In this document: positions 19,342 to 28,267 of the stretch, in pieces
Position numbering within the stretch: position 1 is the stretch's first letter
Layout of the letters: every line of letters starts with the position of its first letter
Origin: a virus
Lineage: Duplodnaviria > Caudoviricetes
IMG/VR virus record: IMGVR_UViG_3300037067_002413
Coordinates: 64,001 to 128,000 of that record
Reading direction: 5' to 3' (one strand)
DNA length: 64,000 bases
Made by a program: the position numbers and the translations under genes
Notes under the pieces: model-generated
What the model was told of the DNA's origin: nothing
The model's database searches: none
The model's input: the letters and a program-made list of their open reading frames with translations, nothing else

Positions 19342-19751
19342 TTAGCGTCAAACTTTTACGTCCGGCGGCCCAGTTGCCAACCCGTTCTTACCATTCCGCC
19401 GGCTACGATCTCTATGCCTGCGAAGAGATCGACTGCAAGCCAAGTTCGGTCACGATGATTCCGATTGGAATCGCAACGTCTTTCCCCGCTGGCCACGCCG
19501 CTCTGGTATGGGATCGCAGCGGTATGGGAAAGCGAGGATTCACCATCTTCGGCGGCGTGATCGACGAGGATTATCGTGGCGAATGGTTCGTCATGCTCTA
19601 CAATTCGACGTGCGACACCTACACCGTTCACGTTGGCGATCGTGTTGGTCAATTTGTTTTGCAAGAAGTCAAACAAGTTCCAATCGTCGTGACTGAGGAA
19701 CTGACCGACACGGAAAGGGGCGAGAACGGATTCTCCAGCACGGGTCGATGA
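19338..19751 (+). CDS. dut: dUTPase (trimeric)
   Basis: AGYDL, RSG, GVIDEDYRGE, RVGQ, RGENGFSSTG. Confidence 0.93.
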   Translation: MISVKLLRPAAQLPTRSYHSAGYDLYACEEIDCKPSSVTMIPIGIATSFPAGHAALVWDRSGMGKRGFTIFGGVIDEDYRGEWFVMLYNSTCDTYTVHVGDRVGQFVLQEVKQVPIVVTEELTDTERGENGFSSTGR

Positions 19752-20548
19752 TTGCTCCTGTGACTTATCAGGGTGCAAAGCATCGTTATGCGGCTGCAAT
19801 TATTGACAGGATCAAGCCGCGATTCGACGAACCATTCTATGATTTGTGTTGCGGAAGTGGCACTGTCTCAATAGAGTTGGTGAATCGCGGCTTTGATCCT
19901 AAATTGCTCTATATGGTTGATTCAGGCCCGTGGGGTAATCTTTGGTATTCGGTTGGCAAAGGACAATTCAACCTTAATCGGTTCAAGAAGTTTCTGGATA
20001 AGATTCCTGAACGTCCTTTGATTCACGATTACGTTGTAGAACTGGCCAAACAGCCGGCACACATTGATACGCCTTACGTCTATCTGATTTTACAGGCGTG
20101 TGCGTTTGGCGGAAAAGCAATCTGGATTAAGGATGACCAATGGAAGAATACATCCTTCCGTAGTTTTTGGTGGCCCAACGGAATCGCCAAACGGAAGTCC
20201 GTTGTCAATCCAATGATGCCCATGCCCAATACGCTCTATGAGCGAATGAAGATCATCTGCAAAAAGATGCACGGCGTTCACGCCTGTCAATGCAACGTAC
20301 AAGATTTTGGTCCTGGCAGAGGCACGGTCTACATTGATCCTCCTTACACCGGAACGACGGGTTATGGCAACGACTTCGACGTTGTTGCCTATGCCTCCAA
20401 TCGAAACTGTTGGGTGTCAGAAGGTCATGCGTTAAACGATAACGCCGTATTGCTGGCTAATAGCGAGAGTCGATCACGAGGCGGCATTTCCGGTAATCGG
20501 TCCTCGGCAAACGAAGAATGGTTGTCTCATTTTGTACTTGGAGCATAA
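19748..20548 (+). CDS. Dam-like (alpha class) DNA adenine methyltransferase
   Basis: YQGAK, DLCCGSG, YIDPPY. Confidence 0.8.
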   Translation: MIAPVTYQGAKHRYAAAIIDRIKPRFDEPFYDLCCGSGTVSIELVNRGFDPKLLYMVDSGPWGNLWYSVGKGQFNLNRFKKFLDKIPERPLIHDYVVELAKQPAHIDTPYVYLILQACAFGGKAIWIKDDQWKNTSFRSFWWPNGIAKRKSVVNPMMPMPNTLYERMKIICKKMHGVHACQCNVQDFGPGRGTVYIDPPYTGTTGYGNDFDVVAYASNRNCWVSEGHALNDNAVLLANSESRSRGGISGNRSSANEEWLSHFVLGA

Positions 20549-20550
20549 AC

Positions 20551-21600
20551 ATGCAGGTTTACGACAAAGATGACATTCAAGTCTATTGCGACGACTTGCT
20601 CGACGTATTGCCAACTCTTGAAAAGGTTGACTGCGTAGTCACTGATCCACCCTATGGCTTGTCGTTTATGGGCAAGGCGTGGGATTATTCTGTGCCTGGA
20701 CCTGATTATTGGAAAGTAATCAAGGAAGTGTGCAAACCAGGAGCCATGATGTTGGCATTCGGTGGTACGCGAACCCAACATCGCCTGACCTGCGCTATCG
20801 AGGATGCTGGCTGGGAAATACGCGATTGCTTAATGTGGCTCTACGGAAGTGGATTCCCAAAGTCAATGGACATCTCAAAGGCCATCGACAAAGCGGCCGG
20901 AGTGGAGCGCGAAGTTGTTGGGCAAAAAGACGTTGGGCCTGATATTCGCGGCGACAACTTTCACCGTGACGACGGAACGCGGATGATTGCTGATATTACC
21001 GTGCCTGCCACCGATGCTGCAAAACAGTGGAACGGGTGGGGCACAGCGTTGAAACCTGCATACGAGCCGATCATCTTGGCAATGAATGCGCTTGATGGCA
21101 CTTATGTCAACAACGCAATCCAGAATGGGGTAGCGGGAATCAACATTGATGCTTGTAGATTCGGATATTCTACAGAGAATCATTCCAGAAGTGCTGAATC
21201 GGCGGTTAGCAAGGGGAGGTATGGGAGCAGTGCAGAACAGAAAACCCATCAAACTGCCGGACAGGCACTCGGCCGGTTTCCGTCTAACCTATTGCTAGAC
21301 GAGGAAGTTGCTATTCAACTTGGAGATCAAGCACGATTTTTCTACTGTGCGAAAGCCTCAAAGAAGGATCGCGGCGAAGGCAACGATCATGCTACGGTTA
21401 AGCCGCAAGCGTTGATGACTTATTTGTTGCGACTTTTATCAACGCCGACAGGCGGCGTCATTCTCGACCCGTTCGCTGGAAGTGGTACAACCGCTCTGGC
21501 AGCCAAGAAACTTAATCTGCCATGTATCTGTGTTGAGAAAGACCCACACAACTGCGACATCATCGTATCGAGGTTGGAGAATGAACCACAAACTGATTAA
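20551..21600 (+). CDS. beta-class N6/N4 DNA methyltransferase
   Basis: TDPPY ... HATVKP ... LDPFAGSGTT. Confidence 0.9.
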   Translation: MQVYDKDDIQVYCDDLLDVLPTLEKVDCVVTDPPYGLSFMGKAWDYSVPGPDYWKVIKEVCKPGAMMLAFGGTRTQHRLTCAIEDAGWEIRDCLMWLYGSGFPKSMDISKAIDKAAGVEREVVGQKDVGPDIRGDNFHRDDGTRMIADITVPATDAAKQWNGWGTALKPAYEPIILAMNALDGTYVNNAIQNGVAGINIDACRFGYSTENHSRSAESAVSKGRYGSSAEQKTHQTAGQALGRFPSNLLLDEEVAIQLGDQARFFYCAKASKKDRGEGNDHATVKPQALMTYLLRLLSTPTGGVILDPFAGSGTTALAAKKLNLPCICVEKDPHNCDIIVSRLENEPQTD

Positions 21601-22330
21601 CGCAGATTGCCTTGACTACCTTTCATCCAGTAATGAAACGTGGACAACGATTTTTGCTGACCCGCCTGACAATATCGGCCTTGGATATAAAAGTTACAAG
21701 GATCGCCAAAGTGAGGCTGATTACGTTGCCCTACTTCGTAAATGGCTAACTGTTTTCGTTCTCAAAGCAAAGACGGTTTGGTTCAGTTACAACTCCAAAT
21801 GGACGTTCGAGGTTGGTGCGATCGTAAAGGACGTGGTTGGTTTGCGGGCTGGCGAACTTGAAGCCAAACCCTGCGTGCAAGTGTTTACGTTCGGTCAGCA
21901 TAACCACCATGATTTAGGCAATAATCATCGACCGTTGTTGCGTTTGCGGTGGAAGGACGCGCCATTACTTCCTGATGCAGTGAGGATTCCCAGTTGGCGA
22001 CAAGAGAATGGCGACAAGCGGGCTGACCCGCGCGGGCGAGTGCCAGGCGATGTATTTGACTTCACAAGAGTTACTGGCAACAGCAAACAACGTCGTCCTT
22101 GGCACCCAACTCAATTGAACGAAGGGCTGGTTGAACGGTGCATTAAGATGACCACCCCGTCTAGTGATTCGGTTCTTGACCCATTCGGCGGCACTGGAAC
22201 AACACTGCGAGTCTGTAAGACACTGGACAACCCATGCACATTGATTGAACTTGATGCCCTCTATTGTGCAAAAATCGCAGAGGAAAACGGACTTATAAAG
22301 GGCGAATCATGCTGGTCGTGCGATTTGTAA
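21581..22330 (+). CDS. beta-class DNA methyltransferase with atypical DPPD motif
   Basis: FADPPDN ... HPTQ ... LDPFGGTGTT. Confidence 0.8.
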   Translation: MNHKLINADCLDYLSSSNETWTTIFADPPDNIGLGYKSYKDRQSEADYVALLRKWLTVFVLKAKTVWFSYNSKWTFEVGAIVKDVVGLRAGELEAKPCVQVFTFGQHNHHDLGNNHRPLLRLRWKDAPLLPDAVRIPSWRQENGDKRADPRGRVPGDVFDFTRVTGNSKQRRPWHPTQLNEGLVERCIKMTTPSSDSVLDPFGGTGTTLRVCKTLDNPCTLIELDALYCAKIAEENGLIKGESCWSCDL

Positions 22331-22420
22331 CGTCTTTGGAAAAGAAAATGTGATTTTTAGTAAGAAAACTTAGACCAGATTTCACCTATTTTTACGTCGT
22401 CCTATTAGAAGGAGAATTGA

Positions 22421-22663
22421 ATGCGAGTAGTGGATTGTGTTGACCGCGAGGTCAAAGTAGGTTGTAGCATTTTGTATGCTGTTCGTCGTGGATCGAGTAT
22501 GTGGCTGAAGCGCATGACCGTTCTACAAATTGTTGAGTCAGGGCCGAATGGTCGCCCATACCTTTCTGGCACCACGCCGGAAGGACGACGGGTAAACGTC
22601 CGTAATCTTGACACAGTGGTCGTGATCGTGCCATTGGGCGTCCAATACGAAATTACAACCTGA
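22421..22663 (+). CDS. hypothetical protein
   Basis: AAGGAG RBS. Confidence 0.6.
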   Translation: MRVVDCVDREVKVGCSILYAVRRGSSMWLKRMTVLQIVESGPNGRPYLSGTTPEGRRVNVRNLDTVVVIVPLGVQYEITT

Positions 22664-22919
22664 GTTTAATGTCTTCGCCGGCCGGGTGATCTTCGTATCA
22701 ACCCGGCCGGCGGGCAAAGAGACACATGAAAGTCAAATACGAGAAAATCAGCGAAGATGAGAAAGTTCAGACTCATTACGAAGAATGCCGCCAAAACGGT
22801 TGCAGTCATCGAATGGCTGAAATGCTTGCCTTCAAGAAACCCCCAGTCGTTCGCAATACCTATAGTCCGCTTCATCCTCGACGCAATCGAGGTCGAGGCT
22901 ATTAACCCAAGAGGAAGTC

Positions 22920-23837
22920 ATGGATCATCGTGGAAAAATTGTCACCCTATCCCGTTTCGTCGGCGATAAGCCGGCAGATTACATCTGCACGTCGGATGAC
23001 GGTAACATCGTGGAAGTCGTTCCGGTCGCACCCGGCAGTGAATACATCAGTTTCATGCCATTTCGATTGAACGATTGTTGGCACGTCTACAGGTGTTACT
23101 CCGACGAGCAGAAGATCAAGGAAGTCAAAACTCGTTGCGAGATTCTCGTTCAAGAAACGGAACACGAAAACTTCCTGTTGAACGCTATCTTTGGGCTGAC
23201 GGCCGATGACCTCGAAGCCGTTCGGTTGAATCTGAAACGACTTTCCTCGCTCGATGGGGATCAACCCGTCAAGCGCAACGAACCGACGCCCAGCATAGAC
23301 TACCGCGCCGCCAAGACGAACTTTTTTGCCCAAATGTACGGTGGTACGACTTGTCGGCCAAACTACGTTGGCAAGTTGGTTTTCGTCGAAATACCGTTGG
23401 CTTTTGATGACGACGAAAGCACCGAATACATCGTTGTTGAACAATCGGCCGACTCGCTCTACGTGGTAGACACCACCTGTTGTGCCGATGGAGTCCGTAC
23501 CTATCGGATTCCGTTCAGCGACGGCAACGGTGCGAACATCACGATTCTCGACTCCTATGAGGACGACGATTTCATTCGTGAATTCATCGACCGTTTGGAC
23601 GACATGGATACGGACGATTGGGACGTTGATGCCTGCGATGCGGCCGAGACCACCAGTCGCCAATTGGCCCGCATGTTGGAGAAAAAGGCAGAGCAAAAGT
23701 CGTCGTTCGATGATTTGCTCAAGACGCATACGACCGGACTGTTCTTTGGTCCCATCAGCAGCACTTTTGGCGACCCAAAACAGGCCGAAGGCCGGTGCAA
23801 CAGGACTGGATGCAGTGGCATTGGTTGCAAGGTGTAA
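22920..23837 (+). CDS. hypothetical acidic protein
   Basis: 305-aa ORF with RBS. Confidence 0.65.
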   Translation: MDHRGKIVTLSRFVGDKPADYICTSDDGNIVEVVPVAPGSEYISFMPFRLNDCWHVYRCYSDEQKIKEVKTRCEILVQETEHENFLLNAIFGLTADDLEAVRLNLKRLSSLDGDQPVKRNEPTPSIDYRAAKTNFFAQMYGGTTCRPNYVGKLVFVEIPLAFDDDESTEYIVVEQSADSLYVVDTTCCADGVRTYRIPFSDGNGANITILDSYEDDDFIREFIDRLDDMDTDDWDVDACDAAETTSRQLARMLEKKAEQKSSFDDLLKTHTTGLFFGPISSTFGDPKQAEGRCNRTGCSGIGCKV

Positions 23838-24145
23838 TGGAGAACAACATGATTACTCTCTTTATCCTCCGATTGTTGGCTGTTGTTTTCCTATGCTGGG
23901 TCTATTGGAGACAGTGTACCAGGAACCAGAAGTTGGAAAAGATCAAGGAACTCTGGAAAGTTTTGGAGTTGGCAAGAGAAGTTCAGATTGAATGTATTCA
24001 GGACTTCTACACGGTCGTCAACGATGAAGGTTGCATGACTCGAAAAAGACGCCGGGAGAAGGACGTTGAACAGTCCGACAATGCCGAAGACCTTGCTGCT
24101 GGCATCAAAACGACTCTCGTTGAATTGGGCGAGTACAAGGAGTAA
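23837..24145 (+). CDS. hypothetical membrane-anchored protein
   Basis: TAATG coupling; N-terminal TM. Confidence 0.5.
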   Translation: MENNMITLFILRLLAVVFLCWVYWRQCTRNQKLEKIKELWKVLELAREVQIECIQDFYTVVNDEGCMTRKRRREKDVEQSDNAEDLAAGIKTTLVELGEYKE

Positions 24146-24148
24146 TCA

Positions 24149-24343
24149 ATGCCGCTTTACGATGTTAGGTGCAGCGCGTGCGGTTCCACCAGCGAAGTAT
24201 TCCAGAAAATGGATACCAAGCAGCCCACGCGCTGCGCCGAGTGCGGCGCGCGAAAAGTTCGCCGAATGATTCTGAAAGCACCCGCGACCTACAACACCTA
24301 CAGTCCCTTGCATCCACGGAAAAACCGTGGGAGAGGATATTGA
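24149..24343 (+). CDS. FmdB-family zinc-ribbon protein
   Basis: MPLYDVRCSACG...CAECG. Confidence 0.8.
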   Translation: MPLYDVRCSACGSTSEVFQKMDTKQPTRCAECGARKVRRMILKAPATYNTYSPLHPRKNRGRGY

Positions 24344-24344
24344 G

Positions 24345-24911
24345 ATGGAGACAGCGTTCGCGTGGCTAGGACAAATAATGGAGTGGATTGGGAAATGGTT
24401 TCCCCGACTCCTTATTATTCGATCAACGCACGCCGGAGTCCGTTTCCGACACGGAGACAAAGCATCGGCGTTGGCTCCTGGTCTGCGTGTGTATTGGCCG
24501 TTGGTTACCGAAGTCGAAATTATACCAACTGCACGACAGACTCACAACCTGCCGACGCAAGCATTGCTAACGTCGGACGGAAAGAAGGTTGTCGTCAGTG
24601 GAGTGGTTGTCTATGCGATCAATGACGTTGTGGCAACGATTGCTAGAAATTGGGATGTAAGCGACACGCTCAACGACATCTCAATGGTGGCTATTACGAA
24701 GATCGTCACTACTCACACCTTGGAATACCTGCTGAATCATTTGACGGTTGAAGTGCAAGATAAGTTGACACACGAAACACGACGCCGGCTACGTCGTTAT
24801 GGCGTGTCCGTTTATTGGACAGCATTGACCGATTTCTCTGAATGTATCGTCATCAAAAACATTTCAAGTGGTGGCCAGAACGGCACCATCATTACACATA
24901 ACCTGGACTAA
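24345..24911 (+). CDS. SPFH/Band 7 domain protein
   Basis: HAGVRFR.G....L.PGL..YWP; Q.LLT.DG..V.V..VV.Y.I.D. Confidence 0.75.
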   Translation: METAFAWLGQIMEWIGKWFPRLLIIRSTHAGVRFRHGDKASALAPGLRVYWPLVTEVEIIPTARQTHNLPTQALLTSDGKKVVVSGVVVYAINDVVATIARNWDVSDTLNDISMVAITKIVTTHTLEYLLNHLTVEVQDKLTHETRRRLRRYGVSVYWTALTDFSECIVIKNISSGGQNGTIITHNLD

Positions 24912-24914
24912 CCC

Positions 24915-25136
24915 ATGTCAAAAACAGTCTGGAAGAAATCAAAAGCGGGCAATGAGTTTGCCATCATAAATGGAATAAACGTAGGAACATACGCTGATCC
25001 ATTACTTGAAGGACGTTTTAAGTGGAGGGTGGGAAACTGTTTTAGTCAAGGAAGTTATTTTAACTCAGACGATGCCAAAGCCGCTATGCTCGACTGCCTA
25101 CGGGATGTCGTGACTATTCTGGAGTCCGTGTTGTAA
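24915..25136 (+). CDS. hypothetical protein
   Basis: In-operon ORF. Confidence 0.5.
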   Translation: MSKTVWKKSKAGNEFAIINGINVGTYADPLLEGRFKWRVGNCFSQGSYFNSDDAKAAMLDCLRDVVTILESVL

Positions 25137-25138
25137 TA

Positions 25139-25879
25139 ATGGAATTCATTCGCAAGAAAATCCGTGGGCAGAACAAAAAGATTCGTAGGACATGGATGTC
25201 CAATGAAAAATATCGAATTGTTTGGCGATCCGAAGCCTACGGAATAGGTCTGCCGGCTGCCTATCAGGCGAACGTCCGCATCATGTTGCCCAATGGCAAA
25301 GAGATGTGGGATTTTGTGAATAACCGCCGGTTGTTCAAGACGATGAAGGCAGCCCAAGAAGCCTGCGAGAAACACCAACGTCTTTGGCAGCAAGTGGCTG
25401 AGGGGACTGGCATCAGAAAACTCGAAGAATTATTCGGCATGGTGCCACTGGGTTATCCATTGTGGGTCAAGTCGAAATTGAATCGAAATATGTATGCCCT
25501 GTTGATGGACATGACCACACGCAATCGTAAGGACATCAGAATATGCGACCTAGACCAAGACGCCCTTATAAGAATTTCGGCCTCTTTTGCCTCTGGTACG
25601 GAAGCGACGGAGGAAAACCTTACCCTTGTCTCGCCTGTAGAGGAAGAGGATTTACCTACGACCCCAGAAATAGAAAGTTCATCGACCTTGGACCTAAAAC
25701 TACCTGCGCCGAATGCAACGGCACCGGCCAAGGTACGAAAGAAGCGTGTCGCCAAGCCTACACCCTCGAAATCGAAACCTACAAAGCTCAAGTCGCGGAA
25801 CACCAAAAGCGAGTCCAAGTCTACAAAGAAGCCCTCGCCAAACTCACGAAAAACGAGAAAGACGCGATCAAAGAATTAG
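25139..25879 (+). CDS. hypothetical protein; low-complexity C-terminal tail overlaps next gene
   Basis: ORF track; globular-looking N-terminal ~130 aa. Confidence 0.55.
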   Translation: MEFIRKKIRGQNKKIRRTWMSNEKYRIVWRSEAYGIGLPAAYQANVRIMLPNGKEMWDFVNNRRLFKTMKAAQEACEKHQRLWQQVAEGTGIRKLEELFGMVPLGYPLWVKSKLNRNMYALLMDMTTRNRKDIRICDLDQDALIRISASFASGTEATEENLTLVSPVEEEDLPTTPEIESSSTLDLKLPAPNATAPAKVRKKRVAKPTPSKSKPTKLKSRNTKSESKSTKKPSPNSRKTRKTRSKN

Positions 25880-25890
25880 GAATGCCATGA
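25543..25890 (+). CDS. DnaJ-type Zn-finger protein
   Basis: CLACRGRG and CAECNGTG, followed by a coiled coil; ATGA coupling to next gene. Confidence 0.65.
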   Translation: MRPRPRRPYKNFGLFCLWYGSDGGKPYPCLACRGRGFTYDPRNRKFIDLGPKTTCAECNGTGQGTKEACRQAYTLEIETYKAQVAEHQKRVQVYKEALAKLTKNEKDAIKELGMP

Positions 25891-26792
25891 AAAAGTTTTG
25901 TCCAAACTGCGAAGAGATGCTGAAAACCGATAGCAATAATCCCAACATTGGACATTGCAAGGGCTGCGGTTGGTCCGGGCATTTGAGTCAGGCCGATCGA
26001 GAGCCGGGATTGCCAACCAAGAAACCCAAGTTGCCGTATGTCAGCATTGACATCGAGACAACAGGACTCAATCCCGAAACATGCCAGACATTGGAGATCG
26101 GTGCCGTCATTGATGATTGGACCTTACCGATCGACGAATTGCCGGTCTTCCATCGTGTTCTGTCCTACGATGAAGTTTCGGGATCGCCTTTCGCAATGTC
26201 GCTCAATGCCAATTTATTGAAACTCATTGGCAATCGACCGCAGGAAGACCAATTGGACTTGCCCGTTCAGGCTGTCGCTACTTGGATGGAAAAGTGCGCT
26301 TTCCCAAACAAAGACTTTCCACAAGCAACGATACGAAGGTTACTGGGCGAAACACCAATTCATTGGTATGAGATACCAAATGTTCTTTTGATGATAGGGC
26401 GTCGATACGACCTCGCAGAAGCATTGACGCTCGGCGGCAATCCGCCTGGAGTATCCTGTTTCTGCCGCGATTTTGAGTTAGCGGAATTATTTGCTACGTG
26501 GATCGCGGCCAACGGTCTCGATCCAAAGAGTGTCCAGGCTGCGGGAAAGAATTTCTCCAGTTTTGACATGCAATTTCTTAATCGACTGCCCTGGTTCAGT
26601 GAACACATCAAGTTCCGTCATCGAGTAATTGATCCTGCCATCCTTTTCTGGAATCCAGCGGAGGATGATCGGTTACCTGACAGCAAGACGTGTTACGAAC
26701 GAGCCGGGTATGGCGACACGGTGGCTCATACCGCCGTGGAAGATGCCAAAGCAGTCGTCTGGCTTGTACGCCAGGGCGTTAAACGCCTATAG
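25887..26792 (+). CDS. DEDDh 3'-5' exonuclease (DnaQ/oligoribonuclease-like) with N-terminal Zn ribbon
   Basis: CPNC/CKGC; IDIETTG, GKNFSSFD, HTAVEDA. Confidence 0.85.
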   Translation: MKKFCPNCEEMLKTDSNNPNIGHCKGCGWSGHLSQADREPGLPTKKPKLPYVSIDIETTGLNPETCQTLEIGAVIDDWTLPIDELPVFHRVLSYDEVSGSPFAMSLNANLLKLIGNRPQEDQLDLPVQAVATWMEKCAFPNKDFPQATIRRLLGETPIHWYEIPNVLLMIGRRYDLAEALTLGGNPPGVSCFCRDFELAELFATWIAANGLDPKSVQAAGKNFSSFDMQFLNRLPWFSEHIKFRHRVIDPAILFWNPAEDDRLPDSKTCYERAGYGDTVAHTAVEDAKAVVWLVRQGVKRL

Positions 26793-26909
26793 AAACGGAT
26801 AAGCCGCCAGAGTTCGTCAAACTACCAGACCCGGATTTCTCGGGTTGGCATTAGCCTTCTGCCGGGGCGCGTGGATCGGCGGCCGGCAATTTTTAACAAG
26901 GAGAGGTTT

Positions 26910-27101
26910 GTGGACAAGTTCATTGTTGGTTCGTGTGTGATGTTGGTGTTTTTGGTTGTCATCGGATTGTTGGTTGGCTTCCCCATCATGTGGTTGTGGA
27001 ATTGGTTGATGCCGATTCTCTTCCACCTTCCGACCATCGACTTCTGGCAGGCAATCGGGTTGTTTGCTTTGGTCCGTTGCCTTGTGCCAACGCACAAATA
27101 G
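26910..27101 (+). CDS. small membrane protein
   Basis: AAGGAG RBS; WLWNWLMP..F.LP.I.FWQA. Confidence 0.65.
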   Translation: MDKFIVGSCVMLVFLVVIGLLVGFPIMWLWNWLMPILFHLPTIDFWQAIGLFALVRCLVPTHK

Positions 27102-27195
27102 GACAACCAGAATCTTTGTGCTAACCGGAAATCTTATGGGATCGTTAGAGTTTACCTAAACCGCAACCGATACCCATTATACCAAAGGAGAGTCA

Positions 27196-27543
27196 ATGGC
27201 TACGACCGCAAGTAAATGGGTTCAAGTCAAGACGCCCACCGATATTGCCTTGAACGGTGTCAACGTCGAACTTGACTACACCAATACCAATATCGTTGGA
27301 GTTAAGGTGACTGACGGTGCCGGCAATGTCCTTCGGATTACCAAGGGCGATTACTCCGAGATCAAAGTCCTTGTGCCCGCAACGGTTGAAAAATATCGTG
27401 TTATTGGAACGTGTTGTGGCATGGCTGTAAATAAGTTGTACGACAACGAGGCCGATGCACAGGACAAGAAGGGCGAGATCGACAATCTTGACAGTCTTGG
27501 TGCTACGAAGGTGGAGATCGAGAAAGTCATGGTGCCTGAATGA
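27196..27543 (+). CDS. hypothetical protein
   Basis: AAGGAG RBS. Confidence 0.65.
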   Translation: MATTASKWVQVKTPTDIALNGVNVELDYTNTNIVGVKVTDGAGNVLRITKGDYSEIKVLVPATVEKYRVIGTCCGMAVNKLYDNEADAQDKKGEIDNLDSLGATKVEIEKVMVPE

Positions 27544-27758
27544 ACATGAAGATGTCTGAAATTGCACGAGTCTGGGAAGAGTACACACCAGAAGAAAAGC
27601 GCGAGAGCGTCATGTCACGCGCTAAAAAACTCGGGCACTGCGTTTGCAACCGAAAGAAAATGTGCCCATGTGACATCTTTTTGGAGAAGGATGTTTGTAT
27701 CTGTGCCGGCGAGTCATTGGATGACGTTACGACGGCCGAAGTTACCACTCCGAAATAA
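27540..27758 (+). CDS. small Cys-rich protein, ferredoxin-thioredoxin reductase catalytic-subunit-like
   Basis: CVC...CPC-x8-CIC resembles the FTR CPC/CPC-x8-CHC signature. Confidence 0.5.
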   Translation: MNMKMSEIARVWEEYTPEEKRESVMSRAKKLGHCVCNRKKMCPCDIFLEKDVCICAGESLDDVTTAEVTTPK

Positions 27759-27769
27759 GGACGTTGACA

Positions 27770-27964
27770 ATGTGCGAATCCAAAGAAAATGAATTCGATT
27801 GGGAAGATGATCCTCTCGACGAGGATGATCCTGATGATCTCGACAACGATCTCGATGACGATCTCGTTGACGATCTCGATGACGATGATTGGGACGATGA
27901 CGATGACTGGGATGATGACGATGACTGGGACGGCGAAGATGAAGCCACTCCCTGGGTTGACTAA
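27770..27964 (+). CDS. extremely Asp-rich acidic peptide
   Basis: AAGGA RBS; DDLD/DDDDW repeats. Confidence 0.6.
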   Translation: MCESKENEFDWEDDPLDEDDPDDLDNDLDDDLVDDLDDDDWDDDDDWDDDDDWDGEDEATPWVD

Positions 27965-27984
27965 AACCTGAAAAGGATACTGAC

Positions 27985-28254
27985 ATGCCTGCAATCGAAG
28001 CATTGGCCTTCTTTGCTCTACTGGCGTTCGCATTCATGCTTTACCGATGGTTGATCCACTCCAAGTGGTTTTCGCGGCTGATCGGTGGCGTGAAACCATT
28101 GCCAGAGACGGTCGAAGAAGTCTTGAAAGACCTACACGAATCCGAGCAAGTTGCTTGGCAACGCGCAGAAGATGCCCGAACCACTTCCGTTAGGGAGCGA
28201 AAGACGGCAAGTACGATTCAGCGTCAAGTTCGACGCAAACTCACCCCTTTTTAA
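27985..28254 (+). CDS. membrane-anchored hypothetical protein
   Basis: RBS; N-terminal TM. Confidence 0.6.
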   Translation: MPAIEALAFFALLAFAFMLYRWLIHSKWFSRLIGGVKPLPETVEEVLKDLHESEQVAWQRAEDARTTSVRERKTASTIQRQVRRKLTPF

Positions 28255-28267
28255 TCTGGAGGTTTCC

